NCBI GenBank assembly: GCA_038882975.1
Contig: JAVZNE010000001.1
Span: 160,001-224,000 of the forward strand
Length of the DNA: 64,000 bases
Direction of reading: 5' to 3'
Origin: Candidatus Bathyarchaeia archaeon
GTDB taxonomy: Archaea > Thermoproteota > Bathyarchaeia > Bathyarchaeales > Bathycorpusculaceae
The translations under genes and the position numbers were made by a program. Under the pieces are notes generated by a model. That model saw only the letters and a program-made list of their open reading frames with translations. It was not told the DNA's origin and made no database searches. Positions 28,420 to 38,116 of this stretch are shown here, piece by piece (positions within the stretch are counted from its first letter, which is position 1; each line of letters opens with the position of its first letter).

Positions 28420-30537
28420 GTGTTGGAGAGTAGCAGCTTGAAAAGGAAGACCGCTATAATTGCGCTGATAATTCTATTAACCTTAACAATTTTCGCACAG
28501 ATAATTTCTCCACGTGTAAGTGCTGTTGACGTAAAAATTACTTCTATCACACCTTCAACTCAACGGGGGAAAGTTGGAGACAAAGTTTACGTTATTGGAA
28601 CGATAAATAGCACAGACGGCCCATATCAAATATGGTTTGACAACATTCTTATAAAAAGTGAAAATGCCTCAGGAAATAATGTAAACTGTTCATTTATTGT
28701 ACCCCCGCTTCTGCCTAAAAACTACACATTAATTTTACGCGATGTTGTGAAAAACTTAAATGCAACATCATGGTTCATTGTGGAGACAAACTACGTTCTC
28801 AACATAGTAAATAAACCGGATTATCCAAAACAGCTACAGCAAAAGGAAAAAGTCAACATTTCAATAGGCATAACTGGAGGGAATGCAAGCACCATTTACA
28901 GCGTAAACGTTACAGTTAAAACTCCTGCCAACAAAACATACTCAAAAGAAGTACAACTTCTAACAAAGGATGATGGAACAGGAAACGCAACAGTAGTATA
29001 CCCTTTTGAAAACGCCCAAGACTCCAATACGAATTATACGGGAACCTATACGGTTACGGCTAATTTTAGCGGAATTTTGGTTTCTGACACGTTCATTGTA
29101 GGATTAACAGATAGCGCAGAATATCATAGACTCCAAAACGTGGATATTAAGGCGGCATACGCGCCTTATGAAAACGTTACGCTAACAATAATGGGAAAGG
29201 GCGCATATCATTCCATAAATCTAACGGCGGACAATGAAGGCATAGTTCATTATACTGGGTGGTCTGTCCCTCAAAATGCCACCATAGGATCATATCAAGT
29301 TAGCATAAAATCTATGTCAAATATAACGAGGAAAACGCCTCCGGACGTCCAAAACTTCACGGTTCCTGGCTTTAAAATTGAAATTTGTACGCGTAACCTC
29401 GCCAGTGAAGTTGTTTCAAATGTTACCTTAAGAACGTATGATTTGTGGGCGAATAAGACCTATAGTGATGTGGTAAGCAACAGAACTGGTTTTGCAATTT
29501 TAACACTGGAAGTTGGCGAATACAACTTTACTGTGTATTATAGAGGAGTTAAAGTCAATCAAACTTCAGTTTTTATAAACCAAGAGAGAACATTTAACAT
29601 CACGTGTCAGCTTACAAACCTTAGAGTAAGGGTAGTGAGCGCACAAAATATGGCAATAACTATCCCCTTTGTAAATGTAACTCTATCCTGCAGCTTTACT
29701 AGAGATTTAGATGGAAAAATGGATAAATACGTTAATTTTACCCTAACCGACATTACAGGGACAGCATGGTTCCACTCACTTTTGCCAAATGTAAACCACA
29801 TAATTGTTGCCTCGCGATACGGAAGAAACTTTAACCAAACAATTTACAAAGTGGAGCAGTATGCGTGGAATGTCCTAAACGTAACTTGCCCCGTATTTCC
29901 AATGCACGTAAACGTTTTCGACGGTGAGGGTAACCCTATAGAAGGTGCCACTGTTGAAGCATTCGATTTAGAGGTTGGTGCACAATATAGCAACCGCACA
30001 AACCGCAACGGAAACGCGGTCCTCAACTGCATTTTCGGAAAATACAATGTTAAGATCTATTTCAACAGAATATTATTGAATAAAACAAAAATGCCAGTTG
30101 TATTATTTGGCGAAAACGTCACATCGCCATTTTACTGCATCCTTTACAATCTACCAATTCACGTTAAAGTGGTTGACTATTTTGGGCAGCCAATTCAAAA
30201 TGCGAACGTAACCCTAGAAAGGAATGGTGTCAAAATAAATTCAAGCATCACTGGAGCAGGCGGTGTAGCCACTTTTAGGGAAATTGGCGGAACATTAACA
30301 ATAAAAGTCTATTTGACGAACCAAAACTTGCCGGAAGCTACGCTTACAGCTTATATTGGCGAGAAAAGGGACCATTCAAATCCAGTCGTGGTTAAACTGG
30401 GGAATTATGTTGTTCTAGCAGGCTTTTTGGTTGATACAGCCCAGTTTGCCATGATCATCTTAATCCTAGCTACGATGGTGCTGGTTGCAATAATAGAGAT
30501 TGCGAGAAGACGGTTTAAAGGCAAAGTTTCAAGTTAG
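28420..30537 (+). CDS. Large secreted, membrane-anchored surface protein with beta-sandwich (carboxypeptidase-regulatory-like) repeats
   Basis: Signal peptide; V.D..G.PI..A.V repeats; many N-x-S/T sequons; C-terminal TM followed by RRR. Confidence 0.75.
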   Translation: MLESSSLKRKTAIIALIILLTLTIFAQIISPRVSAVDVKITSITPSTQRGKVGDKVYVIGTINSTDGPYQIWFDNILIKSENASGNNVNCSFIVPPLLPKNYTLILRDVVKNLNATSWFIVETNYVLNIVNKPDYPKQLQQKEKVNISIGITGGNASTIYSVNVTVKTPANKTYSKEVQLLTKDDGTGNATVVYPFENAQDSNTNYTGTYTVTANFSGILVSDTFIVGLTDSAEYHRLQNVDIKAAYAPYENVTLTIMGKGAYHSINLTADNEGIVHYTGWSVPQNATIGSYQVSIKSMSNITRKTPPDVQNFTVPGFKIEICTRNLASEVVSNVTLRTYDLWANKTYSDVVSNRTGFAILTLEVGEYNFTVYYRGVKVNQTSVFINQERTFNITCQLTNLRVRVVSAQNMAITIPFVNVTLSCSFTRDLDGKMDKYVNFTLTDITGTAWFHSLLPNVNHIIVASRYGRNFNQTIYKVEQYAWNVLNVTCPVFPMHVNVFDGEGNPIEGATVEAFDLEVGAQYSNRTNRNGNAVLNCIFGKYNVKIYFNRILLNKTKMPVVLFGENVTSPFYCILYNLPIHVKVVDYFGQPIQNANVTLERNGVKINSSITGAGGVATFREIGGTLTIKVYLTNQNLPEATLTAYIGEKRDHSNPVVVKLGNYVVLAGFLVDTAQFAMIILILATMVLVAIIEIARRRFKGKVSS

Positions 30538-30652
30538 AGTTTGAATATTGAGTTTTATGGGAAAAACTTTATATCAAAATGTTGTGGAACATATTACAAG
30601 AAGAAGCTTTGGAAACTGAAATTTTAGAATAATTGGAAAGGTTGTATACACA

Positions 30653-30940
30653 TTGGCGCAGGTAAAGATGTGTTCTCCCACATGCGAACTCTTCAAATGT
30701 GGCAAAAACGCTGCTGTTTACCGCCGAAATGGAGTTTGGTGCCGCTGGACAGAGGATATGTGCAACGTGGCAAATTGTTCCTATGCACTTTGCACAAAAA
30801 GAAGACTCCTCCCACGGGGGATATGCGGAGAAACCGTTAAGAGAAAAACAACCGAAAAACAGCCAGAAGAGGTTGTTGGACCAACAATAAAGCTCCGAGG
30901 AAGAGCCCTACGTAAAATAGGAGAAAGAGAACTATTCTAA
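30653..30940 (+). CDS. Small Cys-rich hypothetical protein
   Basis: Eight Cys in the first ~60 aa and a basic tail. Confidence 0.6.
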   Translation: MAQVKMCSPTCELFKCGKNAAVYRRNGVWCRWTEDMCNVANCSYALCTKRRLLPRGICGETVKRKTTEKQPEEVVGPTIKLRGRALRKIGERELF

Positions 30941-31001
30941 ACTAAACCATGTGATCTTAAGCTTTCAAGTAACTGTGCTTTAAGAATGAGCCTACCGGAT
31001 A

Positions 31002-31169
31002 CTATTTTGCTTGGACCCGCTTAACAACGGGCGGCCTTATTTTTTTTAAAACTCTGTAGCCGCATACGGTGCATTTTATTTCTCCGCCGCGAAGCTCAAG
31101 CTCCTCTGTAGAAACCTTTGCCCCACACCTCAGGCACTCGTAAACTATTCCTGTTGTTATTTTCTCCAT
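31002..31169 (-). CDS. rpoP: RNA polymerase subunit P (Rpo12)
   Basis: Manual translation MEKITTGIVYECLRCGAKV..IKCTVCGYRVLKKIRPPVVKRVQAK; below the ORF-track size cutoff. Confidence 0.93.
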   Translation of the reverse strand: MEKITTGIVYECLRCGAKVSTEELELRGGEIKCTVCGYRVLKKIRPPVVKRVQAK

Positions 31170-31247
31170 GATGGCCACTCTCTCATTATAGAGGGGTTTT
31201 TGCTTTTAAGTATTTCCAATACAACTAATATCGTAGTGAGGTTATCA

Positions 31248-32135
31248 ATGAAAAAGCGCTTAAAGACGCTCTTGTTGGAAATTCTTCCACCAGAGGAATT
31301 ATCCAACATCTACAATTCCTACGATATTGTTGGGGACATAGCCATCATACGCTTGACTGAAAAATCCGCGAAATATAGCCAAATAATTGCTGAAACCATC
31401 ATGAAAGTTCATAAGAACATTAAAACCGTCTTAGCGCAGACAAGCCCTGTTCACGGGGATTATAGACTTAGGAAACTGGAGCATATAGCCGGAGAAAAAA
31501 GAACAACAACCATCCATAAAGAGTCTGGATGCCTCTTTTCAGTGGACATTAACAAGTGCTATTTTTCTCCCAGACTCTTCTACGAGAGGATGCGGATTGC
31601 TAAACTTGTTAGGGATGGAGAAAACGTCGTGAACATGTTTGCTGGGGTAGGGTGCTTCTCGCTGGTGATTGCCAAACACTCAAACGCCGCAAAAATCTAC
31701 TCAATAGACGTTAACCCAACAGCCATTCGGTATATGAAGGAGAACGTTAAGCTGAACAGAGCCTTTGGCAGAGTTATCCCAATAGAGGGAGACGCTAAAG
31801 AGATTATCCAAAAAATGCTGCATAACGTAGCCGATAGAGTGTTAATGCCACTGCCAGAAAAAGCCTTGGAATATCTACCCTACGCCCTCTTAGCTCTAAA
31901 AGAGGGCGGCGGTTGGATACACTACTACGATTTTGAACATGCTGGTAAAGGGGAAAACGCCATTGAAAAAACTAAATTGAAAGTTGCACAAAAACTTGAA
32001 AGCCTTGGAGTGAAATTTGAAATCTCCTTCGGCAAGGTTGTTCGTACAACCGGTCCAAACTGGTACCAAATTGTTTTAGATATCAAAGCATCTTCGAGTC
32101 GCCATGTGCGGTCTAGCAATTCTTTGGAGAATTAA
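31248..32135 (+). CDS. Trm5/Tyw2-family tRNA methyltransferase
   Basis: YDIVGDIA, YFSPRL..ER, MFAGVG, DRVLMPLP. Confidence 0.88.
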   Translation: MKKRLKTLLLEILPPEELSNIYNSYDIVGDIAIIRLTEKSAKYSQIIAETIMKVHKNIKTVLAQTSPVHGDYRLRKLEHIAGEKRTTTIHKESGCLFSVDINKCYFSPRLFYERMRIAKLVRDGENVVNMFAGVGCFSLVIAKHSNAAKIYSIDVNPTAIRYMKENVKLNRAFGRVIPIEGDAKEIIQKMLHNVADRVLMPLPEKALEYLPYALLALKEGGGWIHYYDFEHAGKGENAIEKTKLKVAQKLESLGVKFEISFGKVVRTTGPNWYQIVLDIKASSSRHVRSSNSLEN

Positions 32136-32197
32136 ATGTTTTATATTACTTGATAAATAAAATGCTGGTTGAGGAGGAATGAAAAATCAAAAGGAAA

Positions 32198-32461
32198 TTG
32201 ATGGAAATACTCGCATGCCCCATTGATAAACACCATCCGCTTGAACTTTATGTTTTTGAGGAAAAGGACGAAATCGTTGAAGGCCTAATTGTTTGTCCAA
32301 AATGCCTAAGATGGTATCCGATTCGCGACGAAATTCCGGAAATGCTCCCGGACGAGCTACGCAAAGAGGACGAAGACTTGCCCTTCCTTAAAAAATGGAA
32401 GGAGAAAGTTCCAGAGAAGATTCTTCTCGAAGGGAAACCATTTAACTTAAAGAGGAAGTAG
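32198..32461 (+). CDS. Trm112-family protein
   Basis: EILACP..EGLIVC..C.RWYPIRDEIPEMLPD. Confidence 0.88.
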   Translation: MMEILACPIDKHHPLELYVFEEKDEIVEGLIVCPKCLRWYPIRDEIPEMLPDELRKEDEDLPFLKKWKEKVPEKILLEGKPFNLKRK

Positions 32462-32466
32462 AAGAC

Positions 32467-33423
32467 TCACTTAAGCTTAACAAGTCTACCAGTTTTAGAG
32501 GATTTAAGCGCAGCCTCAGCAATTTTTAAAGCCTTTAAGCCATCCCATCCCGTTATTAACGGCTTTTCTTTTCCAAGGACGCATCTTGCAAAGTGTTGAA
32601 GCTCAAGTTTTAAGGGCTCCTGCCACGGAATTCTCGGCTGAACGGTTTTCTCCGCCGTCTCTATTGTCAATTCCTGCGTGATGTAGTCGAGTTTTGCTAT
32701 GGCCTTGCTTCCGGTCACTACGAGAACCCTTGTCTTGTAGGGGGTTAACCAGTTCGCTTCAATAAAGGCGTTTTTCCCATGCTCAAAAGTTAGCATTATG
32801 TGGGCGTAATCCTCGAACTTTTTATGCCTCATGTTACCAGTTTTCGCGTAAACCGCCACAGGGTCACCTTCAAATAAGTAGCGCATCACATCTATGTCGT
32901 GAATCGCTAGGTCTTTTACCACTCCAACATCTCCTATTCTTTCAGGCCATTCTGAAACCCTCTTAGCTGTGGCGCAGACAAGTTCGCCTATATCTTGGCT
33001 TCCAATAGCTTTTCTAATATACTGGAGCCCGGGAATAAAACGCATTAGAAAGCCGACTGAAAGGTTTAGTCCTTCCTTCTCTGCGGTCCTTAGTAAAGTT
33101 TCGGCTTGTTTGGAGTTTGCAGCCATAGGCTTCTCAACCAAGACATGCTTTCCAGCTCTTAATGCCTTCAAGGCCTCTTTTGCAAGGCTTGTTGACCATG
33201 TGCAAACACTGACAGCTTCAACGTCTTTTCTCTTCAACATCTTTGCCGTGTTAGCATAAGCTTTAACGCCAAACTGTTTGGCAACAGCTTTTGCCCTTTC
33301 AGCATTAATATCGCAAACAGCCAAAAGCTCTGTTTCCTCCAGTTCGGTGAAAACTCTTGCGTGGTTCTTTCCCCAGAACCCGGTTCCGATAACAGCGACT
33401 CCGAGTTTTTTCATCTCTTCCAA
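32467..33423 (-). CDS. Gfo/Idh/MocA oxidoreductase (UDP-sugar 3-dehydrogenase-like)
   Basis: GTGFWG.NH, HVLVEKP, DLAIHDID. Confidence 0.88.
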   Translation of the reverse strand: MEEMKKLGVAVIGTGFWGKNHARVFTELEETELLAVCDINAERAKAVAKQFGVKAYANTAKMLKRKDVEAVSVCTWSTSLAKEALKALRAGKHVLVEKPMAANSKQAETLLRTAEKEGLNLSVGFLMRFIPGLQYIRKAIGSQDIGELVCATAKRVSEWPERIGDVGVVKDLAIHDIDVMRYLFEGDPVAVYAKTGNMRHKKFEDYAHIMLTFEHGKNAFIEANWLTPYKTRVLVVTGSKAIAKLDYITQELTIETAEKTVQPRIPWQEPLKLELQHFARCVLGKEKPLITGWDGLKALKIAEAALKSSKTGRLVKLK

Positions 33424-34787
33424 ACACCTCTCCCGTAACCACGGTATATAAAGCCTTCAGCCTCAACTTCCACGGGGTCCAAGACACTTTCAAGGTCGAC
33501 AATTGCCGCTGGCATTTTTGCCAAAAGCTTAAGCCTCCTTAAATTCAGTTTTTTAAGCTGATCGTGCCCTGTAAGTACTACCATGCAGTCTGCACCCTCC
33601 ACTGCTTCTGCCAAACTTTTTCTTATGGGTGTGTGCTCTAGGTCTGTTAAGGTTCTCCCAGAAAGATATGGGTCATAAAGCGTCAGTTTTGCTCCCTTCT
33701 TTTCAAGTATGCTAATGATTTTCTTTACATAATCTTTGGGAATGTCTGCGGTGTTTGGTGTTTGGGAAAGCCCAAGCAGTGCAATTTTTGCTCTTCTTAA
33801 TGGTTTTCCACAGTTTTTAAGCGCATCTCGGATAAGTTCAACTCCATGCCTTAAAAATTCCTCGTTCAACTCCATTGCAGTTTCTGAAATGCGAAGTTTA
33901 AGGTTAAGGTTTTCAGCTTCTTCCAACAATATTCTAAAAGCCTCATTTGTTGACGTTGGTTGCGTATACATGTTTATAGCAGAACTTAAAAGGTCACGAA
34001 CTGCTGGGTAGTCTATGCCAAGCTTTTCGCAGAAAAGAGCGAACTCGTTATTTAATGCAGAATTAACATTTTGGAAAACAGCCTCGAAAAGAACAGCCGC
34101 TTCCGCTGTCTTCACATCCCTAGTTTTAATGACGCCGGCATTTGTTACAGCTTTTATGACGTTTAATGCGGCCTCTAAACTAGCCTCATCCGACGCTGCG
34201 ACAATCCTTCTACAACTTGTTAGGCTCTTAAGTGTTTGTCTCTCCGGAAATAATATTGGACTATAGGCCAATTGAAAATCTGAACCGGCTTTAAATCCGG
34301 AGGAGCTTTCGAGAATCTCTTTGAAGAGCCCCTCCATCATACCTATTCCAACAATGCTTGTGATAATGACCAACATTTCCTTTCGAAGGCTTGGGCCTAT
34401 CAATTTTAGAATTTTTTCCAAGGGAGAATAGTCCACTTCACCCTTATCGCTTATAACAACAGGGGTGGTAACTATTAAGATGTCGCCTTGGGATGTTACA
34501 GCTTTTAAATCATTGGTAACTTTTAGCCTTCCACTTGCCAAACTTTTCTGAAGAACCGGCTCTATTTCGTGTTTCAGGAATGGAACCTTGCCTTTTAGTA
34601 AACGCTCTACAGTAGCCTGGTCGCTGTCAACGCATATAACCCTAAAGCCCGCCTCGGCAAAAAGACAAGCGTGGAGAAGCCCTATACGCCCACAGTCAAC
34701 TATGCCGACCACTAATCTTTCATGCTGTTTCGAAGTCTCTGAAGACTTTGTCGATAACATTTTGGTTTCTCCGGGTTGCAGAAACAC
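33411..34787 (-). CDS. Nucleotide-sugar dehydrogenase homolog with degenerate active site
   Basis: Three-domain UDP-Glc/GDP-Man dehydrogenase layout (YDPY, LTGH), but the catalytic motifs are altered. Confidence 0.75.
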   Translation of the reverse strand: MFLQPGETKMLSTKSSETSKQHERLVVGIVDCGRIGLLHACLFAEAGFRVICVDSDQATVERLLKGKVPFLKHEIEPVLQKSLASGRLKVTNDLKAVTSQGDILIVTTPVVISDKGEVDYSPLEKILKLIGPSLRKEMLVIITSIVGIGMMEGLFKEILESSSGFKAGSDFQLAYSPILFPERQTLKSLTSCRRIVAASDEASLEAALNVIKAVTNAGVIKTRDVKTAEAAVLFEAVFQNVNSALNNEFALFCEKLGIDYPAVRDLLSSAINMYTQPTSTNEAFRILLEEAENLNLKLRISETAMELNEEFLRHGVELIRDALKNCGKPLRRAKIALLGLSQTPNTADIPKDYVKKIISILEKKGAKLTLYDPYLSGRTLTDLEHTPIRKSLAEAVEGADCMVVLTGHDQLKKLNLRRLKLLAKMPAAIVDLESVLDPVEVEAEGFIYRGYGRGVWKR

Positions 34788-34797
34788 TTATACAGGT

Positions 34798-36201
34798 TTA
34801 GCCTTTTAAGCTGTTGATTATCCTTTTAAGTTTTAAATTGTAATCTTTAACAAGCTTTAGGGCTTTCTCTTTTGTTTTTGCTTCTGCATAAAGCCGGTAC
34901 AGCGGCTCTGTTCCGCTCGGTCTAACGAGGATGGAGCTCTTATCCTCAAACCAAATTTTTACTCCGTCAATGGTGCTTATGTTTGGTCCCTTTGTCTGTT
35001 CGACAAGCTTTTCTAAAACTTTTTCCTTGAGCTGTTCTGGGCATTCAACCTTGTCCTTCTCAATAAAGTATTTGGGCAACTCATCGAGAAGACTTGAAAG
35101 TTTCTTACCTGTTTCAGCCATTATGCCCAATATTAGGGCTGTTGCCATTGCACCGTCTCTAACTGGCTGATGTGGTCCGTAAAAGATTCCGCCATTTTCC
35201 TCTCCGCCCAGCTTCGCATTCAAATTTTTCATTGTATGCGAAACAATGACGCTTCCAACTTTTGTCCAAACTATTTCGCCATCATAGGCGTCTGCAATAT
35301 CCTTCACTAGGGTTGATGAACTTATGGGCGAAACAATTTTTTCGCCGGGATTCTGCAGCAGAAAGTGTTTTTCAACGAGGGCGAAGGTTTTGTCGCCCCA
35401 GTGGATTTCTCCCCTTTCATCAACAAATATTGAGCGGTCAGCGTCTCCATCAAAGGCTACTCCCAAGTCTGCGCCCACAGCCTTAACGGTTGAAGCCAAA
35501 TCTCCAAGGTTTTCAGGTCGCGGTTCAGGCGGTCTTGCTGGGAATGTTCCATCGATATTCGCGTTTATGGTTGTGACACGGCAGCCAAGCTCTCTGAGGA
35601 GTTTGGGAACTGCAAGCGCGGCAACGCTGTTTGCGGCGTCAACCACCACGTGATAATGCTTACTTGCTATTTTGGCTGTGTCCACATGCCCTTTTATAGC
35701 TTCCACATATTCCTCAATAGTTCCCATAAGGTTTTGAACTTCTCCTATTTTGTCCCATTCCGCATAACGAATCTTGTTGTCGAAGAATATGTTTTCAATT
35801 TCTATTTCCTGTTCTCTTGCGATTTCTATTCCATCACTCCAGACAACTTTTATCCCGTTGTATTCTGGGGGGTTATGAGAAGCGGTTATAATAACTCCGC
35901 CGTCAAACGTGTGGCTTTTCACCGCGTATTGTAGTGCTGGCGTTGGCGCCATTCCAGCAACTAACACGTCACAGCCAGCGGCATTTAAACCCGCTATTAC
36001 AGCTTTTGCAAGCATGGGGCTGCTTGTTCTGGCGTCATGTCCAACAAGCAAATCCCCGCAATTAAAGTATGTGCCTATGGCGCTTCCAATGGTAATCGCA
36101 AGCTCCGGGGTTAACTCCTTATTAACCAGCCCACGAATCCCATTGGTTCCAAACAGTCTCCTTTGGCTTAACACATCCCTACCTCGTTTTAAATAATGCA
36201 T
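34798..36201 (-). CDS. Phosphoglucosamine/phosphomannomutase
   Basis: LFGTNGIRG, TASHNP, FDGDADR, RPSGTEP. Confidence 0.92.
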   Translation of the reverse strand: MHYLKRGRDVLSQRRLFGTNGIRGLVNKELTPELAITIGSAIGTYFNCGDLLVGHDARTSSPMLAKAVIAGLNAAGCDVLVAGMAPTPALQYAVKSHTFDGGVIITASHNPPEYNGIKVVWSDGIEIAREQEIEIENIFFDNKIRYAEWDKIGEVQNLMGTIEEYVEAIKGHVDTAKIASKHYHVVVDAANSVAALAVPKLLRELGCRVTTINANIDGTFPARPPEPRPENLGDLASTVKAVGADLGVAFDGDADRSIFVDERGEIHWGDKTFALVEKHFLLQNPGEKIVSPISSSTLVKDIADAYDGEIVWTKVGSVIVSHTMKNLNAKLGGEENGGIFYGPHQPVRDGAMATALILGIMAETGKKLSSLLDELPKYFIEKDKVECPEQLKEKVLEKLVEQTKGPNISTIDGVKIWFEDKSSILVRPSGTEPLYRLYAEAKTKEKALKLVKDYNLKLKRIINSLKG

Positions 36202-37274
36202 TTTGATTCTGATACATCATGGAAAACTTCTTTGGCTGGGCAAATTGAAACTCCTTCAGCCAGTGAAACATTATCCCCTATAACCGCGTAATCCCCTATA
36301 ACACAGTTACTGCTAATTTTAACCCTTTTACCCACAACAACATTCTCACCAATTATGGCTCCATTTATTAAAGAATCATCAGAAATAGAGACGCTTGAAA
36401 AGATGACCGAGTTTTTTATGTGAGCGTTCCTTCCCACGCTAACGTTTTTCCCGAGAACCGCGTATGGTCCAATGGTTGAGCCTTCCCCAATTGTAGCGCT
36501 TAAATCACAAAATACTGGTTCCTTTATCTTCCCGTCACCCTTTATCACGTTCTCATGTCTCCCACGAAGGCTATCCAGCAGAATCTTGTTTATCTCCAGA
36601 TAATCTTCAGCCTTACCAATGTCAGTCCATAGACCATTGAACACGTAGCCAAAAAGCTTGCCTTCCTCCACAAGCTTTGGAAATACCTCACGCTCAAGAG
36701 AAACCTTTCTTCCAATCTGGATATATTTGAAAATTTCGTGGCTGAGAACGTATATTCCAGCGTTTATAAGATTTGATGGAAACATTCCAGGCGGAGGTTT
36801 CTCAATAAACCTTTCTATTTTGCCGTTATCGGCGAGTTCTGCAACCCCATATCGACTTGGATCTTTAACAGTGCATAAGGCTATTGTTGCAACAGCATCT
36901 CTTTCCTCATGTTTCCTAATTATTTCAGCATAGTTTATGCTGGTGAAGATGTCGCCATTTACAACCAGAAAATTGTCGCCTTTTAAGAGTTCTTCAGCAT
37001 GTTTTATTGCGCCGCCTGTTCCAAGAGGCTTTTTAGGAGGGTCATACGAGTATACAATTTTCACTTTGCCCTTCGAAAACTTGGAATTTTTTATGTGAAA
37101 GGCTGTTTGATGATTAACCGCCAATATCGCCTCTCTTATCCCACTTTTTGATAGGCTTTCAAGGGTCCATTCTAAAAGCGGCTTGTTAAGCACTGGGAAT
37201 AGAATTTTGGGTCTTGTACAGCTCAGGGGTCTAAGCCGGGTTGCAAATCCTCCCGCTAGAATTAATGCCTTCAA
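36189..37274 (-). CDS. Sugar-1-phosphate nucleotidyltransferase with left-handed beta-helix
   Basis: LAGGFATRLRPL..PK, NGD, EKP, hexapeptide repeats. Confidence 0.9.
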   Translation of the reverse strand: MKALILAGGFATRLRPLSCTRPKILFPVLNKPLLEWTLESLSKSGIREAILAVNHQTAFHIKNSKFSKGKVKIVYSYDPPKKPLGTGGAIKHAEELLKGDNFLVVNGDIFTSINYAEIIRKHEERDAVATIALCTVKDPSRYGVAELADNGKIERFIEKPPPGMFPSNLINAGIYVLSHEIFKYIQIGRKVSLEREVFPKLVEEGKLFGYVFNGLWTDIGKAEDYLEINKILLDSLRGRHENVIKGDGKIKEPVFCDLSATIGEGSTIGPYAVLGKNVSVGRNAHIKNSVIFSSVSISDDSLINGAIIGENVVVGKRVKISSNCVIGDYAVIGDNVSLAEGVSICPAKEVFHDVSESKCII

Positions 37275-37353
37275 TGGGGTTTCACCGTTTATGCTGCAAG
37301 CTTATATTCAAAATCCTTCGAATAAAACAGTTTCGTGAAGAGGAGGAAGCCTT

Positions 37354-38112
37354 ATGAAAGTTCTACTTCATGAGATGAGTTGGGTGGAGGCAAAGGAATA
37401 TTTTGGCAGAAATGATATAGCCATCGTTCCAGTTGGCTCCAATGAACAGCATGGTCCCCAAAACCCCCTCGGAACAGACCATTTTATTGCCAAGGCAATA
37501 GCCGAGGAAGCTGCCAAACGTGCAAAGGTTCTCTGTTTGCAAGTTATTCCTTTCGGCGTAAGCCACCACCATAGACAGTTTTGGGGCACAATTCATGTTT
37601 CACCTAAAACCCTAAAAGCCTACGTGAAGGATGTTTGCCTATCCCTAAACTATTATGGCGTAAAGAAAATTGTCATTGTTAATGGGCACGGCGGAAACCT
37701 AAACGCCCTAACCGAGCTAGCTAGAGAGTTAAGAGAAAAAGGGATTTTCGTCTCAGTTTTTCAATGGTGGCCCGCCGCTGGAAAGCTTTTTCCAGACATA
37801 TTTAAGCCGGAAGAGAGGGGACACGCTGGTGCTGAGGAAACTTCTGTGAATTTGGCTTTACACCCGCATCTAGTAAACATGGATAGGGCTTTGGACGAGG
37901 AGGTGCGCGGGCACATCGCAGAGGTTGAAGGCGTAACCCTTCCATTGGACACTGCGGATCGCACAAGTTCAGGAGTTTTCGGCAGGTCAACAACAGCTTC
38001 AGCGGATAAGGGTAAACAGGTTTTTGAAGCGGTGGTTAACGAACTTGTTAAACACATCGATTTGCTGAAAAAAGCGAAAGTTGAGGATTTGATGGCTAAA
38101 TCGAGGATTTAA
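37354..38112 (+). CDS. Creatininase-family amidohydrolase
   Basis: GS.EQHG..P.GTD, NGHGGN, HAG..ETS. Confidence 0.88.
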   Translation: MKVLLHEMSWVEAKEYFGRNDIAIVPVGSNEQHGPQNPLGTDHFIAKAIAEEAAKRAKVLCLQVIPFGVSHHHRQFWGTIHVSPKTLKAYVKDVCLSLNYYGVKKIVIVNGHGGNLNALTELARELREKGIFVSVFQWWPAAGKLFPDIFKPEERGHAGAEETSVNLALHPHLVNMDRALDEEVRGHIAEVEGVTLPLDTADRTSSGVFGRSTTASADKGKQVFEAVVNELVKHIDLLKKAKVEDLMAKSRI

Positions 38113-38116
38113 AGTG

